From: Octopus sinensis
Lineage: Eukaryota
DNA length: 64,000 bases
Direction: 5' to 3'
Assembly: GCF_006345805.1 (NCBI RefSeq)
Contig: NC_043007.1
Location: 43,338,001-43,402,000 of the forward strand
Both the position numbers and the translations under genes were made by a program. Below the pieces are notes generated by a model. That model worked only from the letters and a program-made list of their open reading frames with translations, had not been told where the DNA came from and made no database searches. Of this stretch, positions 12,035-22,813 are shown piece after piece (position 1 is the first letter of the stretch; every line of letters begins with the position of its first letter).

Positions 12035-14625
12035 TTTCAGTCATTGAGTAAAGCAGTTCTGAAAGAGAGCAGCTTCAGATGATGAACGCTAGACACATCG
12101 GTACAGAAAGGTAGGGTTGTTGAAACCCCTGGCTGCTTAGTGAACACACGTGGGCGCACGACTGGAAAAAAGCAAAAAGGAGGTAAGGGAGATCTGGTGG
12201 TTTTGTGGCTGGACCTCGCAAAAATCTGTGGGTCTATGCCACACAAGCTGGTAGCGGAGGCTCTTCAAGGACATGTCCCCAGGAAGATCACTCACCTCAT
12301 TCTGGATTATCTATGCAACTTCTAGACGAGATTCACCTCTAGACAGGTTGGAAAGGAGCATTATAACTGGGTGCACTGTCTCAATAATCCTTTTCTCCCT
12401 CACCATGCACATGGTGATCAAATCGGTAGAGGTCAGAAATCCCAGACGAAATCTGGCATGCAACAGCTACTTATAAGAGCCTTTCGTAGACGACCCAATC
12501 AGTTGCCCGTGGCAGGCGGATCCTTCAAGGACTTGAAATGCTCATCTCATGGACAATGATGAGCTTTAAATCATCAAAATCGAGGTGTCTTGTGCTAAGG
12601 AAAGGGTAAGTGGTGAAGCTTCGTTTCATTTTGTTCTGACGTGCCATCCCAACTTTGACAGAACAACCAGTCAAGAGCTTGGAGAAACTCTTTGACAGCA
12701 GCCTGAAGGACGCAGTTTCTATCTGCAGAACAAGTGACAACCTTGAGAAATGGCTTATTAAGGTCGACAAACTGGACTACCTGGTCGCTTCAAAACTTGG
12801 ATACGCCAGCAAACCATACTGCCAAGTATTTTGTGGCCCCTGTCATTATATGTTAACGGTGGGAATCCTGGAGATGAAGATTATCAGTTTCTGAGGGGGT
12901 GGTTAGACTTGTAGTGGATGTGTGTGTACGTAAATAAATACATAAACTGTTTCATGATTAAAAAGGGATTTATTTACATGGGTTATAAGTACACTACATA
13001 CAAATGTAAGCAAATGCTACGAATTGCTTGTATAGAACACATATTAAAGATGAATATGTTTGTCTGCGTGAATCATTCGGAACAGTAGCCGATAGATACT
13101 GTAGGCATTTCTCTGTCGTCTCCAAAACGCGGGGCGAGATAAATCTGTCTGCTGGTGTGTCAGCTGCGATTGTGTTTTATTCTCTGTTTTTCCCTTGTAT
13201 TTATAATATTTGAAACAGCTAGAAAGATAGACATACTGCAACAGAGATACTACTTAAGTAGGTCAGCGCTTGTCCAGTTGAACTTCGCCTGACATGGCTG
13301 AGGTCGCAGGTCAAAGGGAGATGATCAATCACTTTTTGACAGAACAAAGGGATCTTTAAATTTCGCGCCTATACATGCGTTGGTTTTTGACGACCGATGA
13401 TTCTTGGATTCGATTTCGAATCTAGGCTTAGAGAAGGAAGTGCTAACTCTTACAGACTTACCAAGAAGCCTAAGCAGCGTCGCTTTCTATGGGTCGACTA
13501 ACATTTTCGCCTCCCATTCAGCGGCTTCTCAGAGAAGTTCATAGTGACAAGAGCAAGATAGGCCATGAACTACAGAGATTCTAGTGACATAAAAGTAGCA
13601 GGAGCTAACCATAACCCTGGCATTGCAGTTCGCACAGGTAGGAAGTGCAACACTACCAGAAAGTTGTCGTTGGCAATGTAACGGTCAAGGGAGAGGTCTC
13701 TAGTTGAGACTGACAGTCAGGCTTGGGATGCCTTCCAATCCATCAATTTGAAGCGCTAAAGGCGAAGAGCGACAATATCTACTCAAAGAAGTTCGCATAG
13801 GCATTAAAGAAGCAAGGGCAAACAGGATGGTGGGACTCAGTGAACAAGGAGCCCGGACAAGGTGGACCAATATACATCAGCGGAAAATATACATCAGAGG
13901 CCAATATACACCTGGTCAGGTCTCCGGCTGATTGACGTCCGTCATATCGGATTTCTAATCCAACACCTACCTGTCCTTAGATGGTCCCTTCAACACCAGC
14001 TGCCTCAGAGTCTTAGCTGATGGCCGCTACCACAGGCGGCACAACCAGGTGCTCAGGGCAGTTGCGGATATACCAACAGTCATTCAGTACAGTGAATATC
14101 ACGCAAGGGAAGATGCCATCGCTTTTCTTAGAGCCGGAGTTCACTGAAACTTCAACGACCGTCATGCCTACTTTTCACAGCCCAGACTACCAGCTAAGAG
14201 TAGATATCGTGGAACGGTTAAAGTTCCCAGATCACATTGTACCAACAACACTCTGCTCAGACATAATGATCTTCAATTCCAGCAAATATGTGATCACGTG
14301 AAAACTGATTGTGCTCTGGGAGGAACACATGGAAGAAACTCATAAGAGGAATCTTGCCAAATAACAGGAGCTGTTATAGTAGTGTAGAAATCGAGGCTGG
14401 CGGGCATGTTGTGAAGTAGGCTGTAGAGGTTTTGACCAGACTTGGAATTAGTGGTGCAGCAAAGAGGAGGATTTAAAATTCCATCACTGAAGCTGTTAAG
14501 AAGGCCACTGGATGGGTGACTTTGGATAAAGCGGGCAAACCAGCGGTTTGTTGATATTGGGATGCAAGTTGGTTCTTGATCAACTCCGGCTGGGTCAACT
14601 GGTAGATGGGGTCTGATATTCTTTT
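12035..14625 (+). mobile_element. Degenerate HERO-like non-LTR retrotransposon (RT C-terminal half, zinc knuckle, restriction-like endonuclease, 3' UTR), interrupted by a solo LTR
   Basis: Peptide relics GDLVVLWLDLAK..GSMPHKLV, RLERSIITGCTVSIILF, EQPVKSLEKLFDSSLKD, WLDLPRSLSSVAFYG, RHNQVLRAVA, DYQLRVD..LKFPDHIVPTTLCSDIM, WEEHMEE. The 3' UTR gatcaactccggctgggtc resembles recalled HERO ends. Confidence 0.8.
12910..13454. mobile_element. Solo LTR (Gypsy-type), 545 bp, nested in the HERO-like element
   Basis: TGTA...TACA termini and 4-bp TSD GACT (12906-12909, 13455-13458); removing it restores the host frame W-L-D-L-P-R-S-L. Confidence 0.85.
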
Positions 14626-14990
14626 CTACTCTAGGCACAAGGTCAATCGATTAGATCGACCTCCAACACGCAACTGGCACTTAATTTATCGACCCCGAAA
14701 GGATGAGAGGCAAAGTCGACCTCGGCTGAATTTGAACTCAGAACATAAAGACAGACGAAATACCTATTTCTTTACTACCCACAAGGGGCTAAACACAGAG
14801 AGGACAGACAAACGGATTAAGTCGATTATATCGATCCCAGTGCGTAACTGGTACTTATTTAATCGACCCCGAAAGGATGAAAGACAAAGTCGACCTCGGC
14901 AGATTTGAACTCAGAACGTAGCGGCAGACGAAATACCGCTAAGCATTTCGCTCTGCGTGCTAACGATTCTGCCAGCTCGCAGCCTTAGAG
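14620..14990 (-). mobile_element. tRNA-like SINE family D (head ggcgagctggcagaatcgttagc), with an internal duplication
   Basis: Reverse complement of gagctggcagaatcgttagcacg...gttctgagttcaaat...gaggtcgactttg..tttcatcctttcggggtcgat. Related copies at 16183-16400(+), about 17560-17825, 24330-24550(-), 33306-33525(+), 63785-64000(-). Confidence 0.75.
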
Positions 14991-15149
14991 GGGACCCTAG
15001 AAATATCTTCAAGATGTATCTTAAAACGAACGATATACTGCAGCTATTATATTTTGAAGACAAGGAAAATAACAAATTAACATCTTTTAGAAAATTCACG
15101 TTAACATCCATATTTAAAATATTGTAGTTCTATAGTTAAGAGATAAGGA

Positions 15150-15633
15150 ATTATTTACATTTGACGGATATTTGTCCTCATCTTGTTTGTTGTTAACACA
15201 TTGTTTCGGCTGAGATACCTTCCAGCCTTCATCAGGTGTCTTGGGGAAATTTCGAACCTGGGTTCTCATTCCTAAGGTATTTTTCACTCTTCTTCTTCTT
15301 CTTCTTACTATTATTATTCAGGTCACTGCTTGGAATCGAACTAGGAGTCTTGGAGTTAGTAGCCCGCGCTCTTAACCACTACGACATATGTCCGTATGGC
15401 GTAGTGGTTAAGAGCGCGGGCTACTAACCCAGGATTCCCAGTTCGATTCCAGGCAGTGACCTAAATAATAATAGTAATAATAACAACATCAACATCGAAA
15501 AATACCTTAGGAATGAGAACCCAGGTTCGAAATTTCCCCCAAGACACCTGATGAAGGCTGGAGGATATATCAGCCGAAATGTTGCGTTAACAACAAACAA
15601 GATGTGGACAAATATCCGTCAAATGTAAATAAT
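15150..15633. mobile_element. 484-bp near-perfect palindromic element: two divergent tRNA-like heads at the centre and hammerhead-like motifs in the outer arms
   Basis: The arms pair down to a ~4-nt loop at 15390-15393. A box TGGCGTAGTGG at 15397-15407, B box GTTCGATTCC at 15441-15450, CTGATGA...GAAA at 15548-15579, mirrored on the minus strand. Confidence 0.85.
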
Positions 15634-16182
15634 GTTTAAAATATTGGTTTGAAATTTTGGCACAAGACCAGCAATTTCCGGGGTGGGGAGAGGTAAGTTG
15701 ATTACATCGACTCCAGTGGTCAACTGACACGTGTTCGGAATGATTAGTTATACTTCGGTCAATTATTAAAGTTGTACTCCATCGGTCCAAAGCATGTCAT
15801 CAAATTCGTATGTTATAATCCTGAGTGAACAACAATTTTCAGTTGAGGAAAAAAGAAGTCAAATAAAGGTTATGTACATTTCGGTGTGTATATAACGTAT
15901 ATACTCTACAAAATATGTGTGCGTACTGATGGTCAAACATTTGGTGTGGTGAGTGAAACCCAGAAACTATTCCATCGATCAGATTGTTGACAATATTGTC
16001 AATGTAATGGTTACTTGATGTAAACCAAAACATCAATAACTACAATCAAACCCTTAGTGATGAAAATTATTATAGTGGATCTCATCGTTAAATGAAGTCT
16101 AACAAGAGCGAAACATGTAATAAGTTACCGTACTATTAAATCTCTGGTTCATTCCTCCCTGCATTTAATATTTTGGGGTTGT

Positions 16183-16400
16183 AAGGCGGCGAACTGGCAG
16201 AAACGTTAGCACGCCGGGCAAAATGCTTAGCAGTATTTCGTCTGTCTTTACGTTCTGCGTTCAAATTCTGCTGAGGTCGATCTTACCTTTCATCCTTTCG
16301 GGGTCGATGAATTAAGTACCTGTTGCATACTTGCCGATCTAATCGACTGGCTCCCTCCCGCAAAACTTCGGGCCTTGTACTTTAGAGTAGAAAAGAATAT
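16183..16400 (+). mobile_element. SINE family D copy
   Basis: aaggcggcgaactggcagaaacgttagcacgccgggcaaaatgcttagcagtatttcgtc... Confidence 0.75.
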
Positions 16401-17037
16401 TTGGGGGTTGTCTCCCCTGCTATTTATGTATTTATTGTCAGACTAAGCAAATTACATAATGATTGTTCTCATGACGGAGAATATAATTTTAATTAATAAT
16501 TTAAAATTCTCTGCTACTATCTACTTCCGTAATAACTCATGTAAGAGATGATCGTGTCAGACATCAAAGACCTTCGTTTCTGCAGAGCCAGTGGCCACTG
16601 AAGCCGAGTTGGCAGTTTGTGAAATGGGATAATGATTCAAGTTAATGAAAGGGTGTAATTGTTAACAACTGCTTCCATCACCTCTTAGATATTGAAAATG
16701 CAGCGATAGAAGTGGGATCTCGGGTTACTTACCGTTAAATAGTAAAAGCTAAGCTCAGTATTTTTGCTCTTTTGATCCGCATCGTTACAAGGTGTTATTT
16801 TTTGAAGTTTAATTATAGTTCAAATAGAATGCTGCAAGCATGAAATAGATTCGAATACAACCACGTCTCAAAAGAACAATGAAATGGTTAATTTCTTCTA
16901 CAACTTTATTTTAAGCATTCTATCCATGTACCTTTATTCGTAGAGAAAGTAATAGTGATTTGTGAAAAGAAGGGATGATTTAAAAAGAAACGTACATTTT
17001 AAATATTTTATCACAAACTAGCAGTATCTCCTGGCGT

Positions 17038-17420
17038 TGCTCGGGTTTGTTTCGACCCTTTAGAATTGGCATTTTTGAAAAGTAAAAATTTTACATTATG
17101 TAGCTTGTTATTCTCTTTAAGTGAACATTTTTCTGGTTGAAATACACCGAAAAATGGCGACACAGCAATAAAAAAATCGTAAAATATAGGGATTTTCATA
17201 GAAAAAAAGCACCTTTTTGATGTAAATAATTTTTGGTGTTAAATGGTCTGATTTGAATTTTATCTTCTACGGAATGAAGAGCAAGCCTTCTTCTATCATA
17301 CTCTCAATTTTGGTCAACTTGCGCCGCAGGGTCTCGGAGGAGATAGTGTTAGTTGAAGGCTACCAAACCTGCCACACACAGACAACTTCAGCTTTATATA
17401 TATATATATATATATATAGG
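17038..17420 (-). mobile_element. Non-autonomous Helitron, 383 bp
   Basis: Minus-strand 3' end cccgagcaacgccagg...ctgCTAG|t (hairpin plus CTAG); 5' end (c)ctatatat...aaagctgaagttgtctgt. Ends are shared with 43704-45164. Confidence 0.8.
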
Positions 17421-18076
17421 TATTTCATTCTCTACGTGCTTTGTATTTCTCACAGTAACGAAATATTTAACCCATTCCTTCCACGAGATAACATATATTT
17501 TGGTAACATTTTACTTTATGTTGTGATCTTCAGAGAAGTACATAATACCTAGCATAAATTGGTATCAAATTCTGGCACAAGGCCAGCACTTTCAGGGGAA
17601 GGGGCAAGTCAATTACATCGACCTAGTGTTCAACTGGCACTTATTTTATCGACGCTGAAAGGCAAAGTTGACCCCGGTGGACTAATCGTTTTAATAACTA
17701 GAGGTCGACTTTGCCTTTTATCCTTTTGTGGTCAATAAATTAAGTATTAGTTGCATACTGGAGTCAATATAACCAACTGTCCCCCACAAAAAAAAATTCC
17801 AGGCCTTGTGCCTAGAGTAGAAAAGATTATATTTTTTAAATAATTATATAAAAAAAAGTTGTTCTCCCTGATTTTCTTTTTTGTTGCAACACTCTAGAAA
17901 AACTTGTTCGGTTAGTATTTGGCTGTCCCTGCTGTAATATTCACGCAATTCTTAACACTGCTTTGTTATTCCTTGAAGTCAATAACACCAACTTGAGTTC
18001 ACGAGGGAGCCATCCAACTTTTCTTTTAATTTTTCCAAAATTTAATTGTTTTCCATACTTACAGTTGAAAAAGTCT

Positions 18077-19193
18077 TGTAGAACAACCGTGCGAAAAGGA
18101 GAGGTGAAGAATGAATGACTCCTTTAAACACCACACAGTTGCCTTACAATAAAAACCAAAAATATGGATAAATGAATAAGAAGGAAAAGAGAGAAGCCGA
18201 CACAACTGGAGAATGTAAGAGAAAGGTTTATTTAGATGTTAACATGTGGGTAGCAGAGTGTGTGTACGTGTGTGCGACATAAGTATATATATAATAACAA
18301 TAATAATAGACAGGCCGTCATGCATACAATGATGTGTATGAGTGTTAGCTGAGTGTGTCTGTGTGTTTACCATAAGTACATAAGAACAATAATAGTAGAC
18401 AGGCCATCAAGCATACATGATGTGTAGGTATGTACAAACAAGGGTGTATGCGTGTGAGATAAAATACAGAGCAATAGAAAGAGTCTATAACAGGATGCTA
18501 GAAGTTCAGACACAAGATGAAGTTAAATACCAGTTCGCAGTAATGTACGCTATAGTAGACATTCTGCAACAAAGAAGTTGAGGCGACAATTGCAGAGCTG
18601 GTTGAGCACATGTCGTGTAGCTGTTGTGGCTTCTATGCTGTGCCAGGTTACTTGGTACAGAAGGTTCTTGCAGGTTGAGCTTACTGTTAACCATGGTGAA
18701 GTATTCACAAACAGTGAGAAGTTAAACCTGGGTGAATGTTGGCATTGATAAGATGAAGGGGACAGTGGTGGAGACAACGTTAAGATGAAGGCGATGGAGA
18801 TAGAGGTGTCATTAAGATTGAAGGCGACGATGGTGGAGGTCTTGAAATGCTGTTGGCGTTGGTGTCTGTCACTGGAACTAGCTGTGTGTTGCTGGATGCT
18901 CTGTGGTCAGAGATTAGTCCTTAGAAGGACTAGGACCAAAGATGAGATACGGTGAATCACTGAAGCTTTTATAGCAAATTATAGGCTCATACGGAGCATT
19001 CAGAAGACTGGGTCATGGGACCTTATCAGAAGGTTACGATTGGTTGGGTTGCATATTGGCACATAATACAGCAAGAGAAGTAGTGGACACAACTGGGCCC
19101 AAGCGGCCAAAAGGTTAGCTGTTATCTGCTATGTCTGTATTTATATTATATATGTCAGAGAAAGAGGATGAATTTCACTAATGGTCCGCTACA
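18077..19193. mobile_element. Solo LTR (Gypsy-type), 1117 bp
   Basis: TGTAG...CTACA termini and 4-bp TSD GTCT (18073-18076, 19194-19197). Confidence 0.75.
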
Positions 19194-19304
19194 GTCTCAA
19201 TGACTGAAGCCTGTACTGAAATGCTTTTTTAAAATTATTTTAGCATTTTCTACTTTGACTTTTTATTCCATATATATCAACTTGTGTGTTCCTTTTCAAC
19301 CTGC

Positions 19305-19358
<54 letters not shown>

Positions 19359-19518
19359 ACTGGCTTCTTTCAGCTTCCGTCTACCAAATCCACTTACAAG
19401 GCTTTGGTCAGCCCAAGGCTATAGTAGAAGACACTTGCCCAAAGTGCTACGTAGTTGGACTGAACCAGAACCATGTGGTTGGTAAGCAAGGTACTTACCA
19501 CACAGCCACTCCTGTGCC

Positions 19519-19640
<122 letters not shown>

Positions 19641-20401
19641 CATACTTACATGTATATACATATGCATATGTGGGCACAGGACGTCACAAAATGTAAACAA
19701 TAAAAAATACGATGTATGAGGACATGGAATATGAACTTTTTTTTGCATACAACAGAAGAAACAAATGGAAAACAAGACAAACAACACAAAGAATGACCCT
19801 TCATCAGTTGTCAGCTGTTTTTCTAATCTGAATTTCAAGCAATTCACAACAAGATATGCCTTTGATAAAACAGTTGCACCCACAAATTAAATAAAATTTG
19901 GGATTTTGTGGAGGGTCAAAATTAGTGACAAAAATAGGACAATGAAAACAAACAGAAAGGGCTGCTAAGCCTAAACGAGGTTGTGGTGGGGAAGTTTTAT
20001 CTCTCTCTGTCTCTCTCACTCTCTCTATATATATTTACTCTCTCTCTCTCTCTCTCACTATATGTATATATTTATATATACATGCATATATGGGTACAGG
20101 ACATCACCAACGGTGCAAAAACATGAAATACATAAACAAACGAGGAAAAAATGGAAAACAGAACAAGTAAACACTGAGAAAGGACCCATCATCAGTTGTC
20201 GGCTGTCTATCTACTCATTTCTTATATATATGTAGCGTAGGCTCGAAACGTTAAAGACTTGTTTTATTTATATTTCCTGAGCGCCATACTAATACAATTG
20301 TTCGTTTGTTTTCCACCTGCCTTCGTCTTTTGTCTATTTTCATAAAGCTTCCCGTTATATATATGCATACATATGCATATATATATATATATGCATTTAT
20401 A

Positions 20402-20437
<36 letters not shown>

Positions 20438-20454
20438 CACACACACACACAGTG

Positions 20455-20750
20455 AAGGCACATGACTCAGTGGTTAAGGCATTGCATTCACGATTGTGAG
20501 ATCATGTGTTTGATTCTCAGTCCGGACGTTGCATTGTGTTCTTGAGCAAAACACTTCATTTCATATTGCTCTGCCATCATTTCATCATCTGACATGTGGC
20601 ACCCGTTGCACCTGTGCAGGTAATGTCGATTTGATGGTGGGAGTGAGCTTATGTCTACACAAACATTTGATCACTATAAACAAATCATCTGTGTAGTTGT
20701 TCGGTAAGAAATTGTCAAGCCCTCATACATCGTCTAACGATGGGAGAGTC
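20455..20750 (+). mobile_element. Older, CpG-decayed SINE family B copy
   Basis: gaaggcacatgactcagtggttaaggcattgcattcacgattgtgagatcatgtgtttgattc...gtgttcttgagcaaaacacttcatttc. Confidence 0.65.
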
Positions 20751-21695
20751 TGTCATCATACATATATGTATATGTATGTATTTATATGCAGAATATACAT
20801 ATGCACTCAGTATTTAAAGGTGACCCCTAAACAGAGTTAATGGTTAACTGTATACGTGTTTTTTGACTGAGTTGTCATTTAGAAAATTTTAAATAGAACC
20901 GAAAACTATCTTGAATATAACTACATTAGCTAAGGGTATTAGATAGAATATCTTGAGGCATTTGTATGAATTCTCTGCACTCTCTCTTCAAACTCTCACT
21001 GAGGTCAACTTTGCCCTTCATTTCGGGGTCGATTCTTCTTTACTCCTTCATTTTTTGCTCCATTGTTTTGAAATGTGAGATACAAAAAAAAAAAAGTTTG
21101 GAAAAATCCCAACAAAAACTGAGAAATTCCAACCTTGGTAAGGTAACTCTTCCAAAAGTCCACCAAAATTAGTTGTGGAAAGGAATCAGCTCTACATCAA
21201 GTTTAAAATATCCAAGACATAACAGCACCCTAATAAGTTAAGAGTCCAAGGCAAGACAACTAACTGGTACCATAAATATCCAACAAATGATAATACTGAA
21301 ATGAATTGGCAACAATCAACTTAAGAAAGAATAATCTGAGTGCCATCACCTGGATGGCTTGCTGAGAAGTAACTTTATTAGAAATCTTTTCATCCTTTGA
21401 TAATCAGTCTGAAAATTGTTATCAGTAAAAAGGTAATAAACAATACTAAATGTTAGAGGCCTTGAAAGGGATTATTGAGAGTAATATAGGCAAGCATTTA
21501 AATCATTACTATGTAAATTTTGTGTCTATTGGGGGAGAAGTACAGCCTGAAATTTGGAAAGACTTAACATTTGGCAAGCATCATTCCAGACAAAAGTTTG
21601 ATTCTTCATAATTATGGATAGCAAGTGATGGGGGAATAATTTGAGATTTCTTGTAATCTTTGGCAGCAATTCTTGTCTATTTAGTACCTCAGGTG

Positions 21696-22016
21696 AGGGC
21701 GCGTGGCTTAGTGGTTAGGGCATTCGGCTCATGATCGTAAGGTTGTGAGTTCGATTCCCGGCGACGCGTTGTGTCCTTGAGCAAGACACTTTATTTCACG
21801 TTGCTCCAGTCCACTCAGCTGGCAAAAATGAGTTGTACTTGTATTTCAAAGGGTCAGCCTTGTCACTCTCTGTGTCACGCTGATTATCCCCGAGAACTAC
21901 GTTAAGGGTACACGTGTCTGTGGAATGCTCAGCCATTTGCACGTTAATTTCACGAGCAAGCTGTTCCGTTGATCGTATCAGCTGGGACCCTCGTCGTCGT
22001 AACCGGCGGAGTCTTA
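21696..22016 (+). mobile_element. Young tRNA-derived SINE (family B) with 14-bp TSD
   Basis: A box (tggcttagtgg) and B box (gttcgattcc); gtgtccttgagcaagacactt core; TSD TAGTACCTCAGGTG at 21682-21695 and 22017-22030; CpGs intact. Confidence 0.9.
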
Positions 22017-22447
22017 TAGTACCTCAGGTGCTAAATATTACATAACAGCAGTCAAGTAGACAGGAACAGGAGCACCAATATATTGAGCATAGTGTTGTTT
22101 ATGGAGAAGATGGCCTACATAAAACTGAAACCCAGTACAAAAGGAACAAGATTTTTACTCTTTCCCTTTATCTTAACCATGTACAGATATAATTGCAGCT
22201 TTGATGACACTAAATGTTGGTTGAACTATTGACTTCATTTAAATGTATCAAAATAAGTTCCAGGAACTGTTAACAGCCACTAAAATAGACAGGAAATAGC
22301 ATTACATCCTCATGTGATTTAGCGAGTTTTATTTTCCAATGAAATTGAAGCACTAAATTACTTAGATTATTCTGGTGAGGCTACATGTCAACCATAAATA
22401 AAATTGTCTGAAGTTTCCCTCTAACTGGACTTTGACTACTATCAAGT

Positions 22448-22813
22448 TTGCCAACCGCAGCAGCAGCAGCAGCATTGAAGAGAGCATGGAAGGCAATAAA
22501 GGCTAAGCATGCATGATCAGGTGATAAGAAAAAGAAGAGGAAAGGAAGCTATTTTATCTATATCTACAAAGTGTTGAAACAAGTCTTCCCTGACACTGGT
22601 ATCTCCAATAAAGCTGTGTCTATGAACAGTTTTGTCAATGATTTGCTTGAAAGAATAGCTTCTGAGCCCAGTTGTTTGGCTCACTACAAGTGTTTGATCA
22701 TCAGTAGCCATGAAGTACAGACTGCTGTCCATCTTCTCCTTCCTCGTGAATCAGCCAAACATGCTATCTCTGAGGGTACCAAGGCTGTCACCAAATATAC
22801 CAGCAGCAGGTAG
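22448..22813 (+). pseudogene. H2B: Histone H2B pseudogene (duplicated with promoter and 3' flank, homology ~22250-22910)
   Basis: ATG changed to TTG (22448), in-frame TGA at 22514-22516, four in-frame indels, decayed stem-loop GACCCT-TTTA-AGAACC at 22850-22865. Promoter ccaatgaaattgaagcactaaa matches ccaatgaaattgaagcgctaaa of the intact gene. Confidence 0.95.

Noticed and set aside
15393-15461. Possible tRNA-Ser-like gene
   Set aside because: No proper acceptor stem, and it is part of a palindromic repeat; treated as a SINE-like head.
20235-20265. GGCTCGAAACGTTA half-hammerhead, and CTGATGA on the minus strand at ~19800 and ~20192; also ggtcgaaac at ~25800
   Set aside because: Only half of the core is present in each case; they may be PLE-related relics but cannot be called ribozymes.
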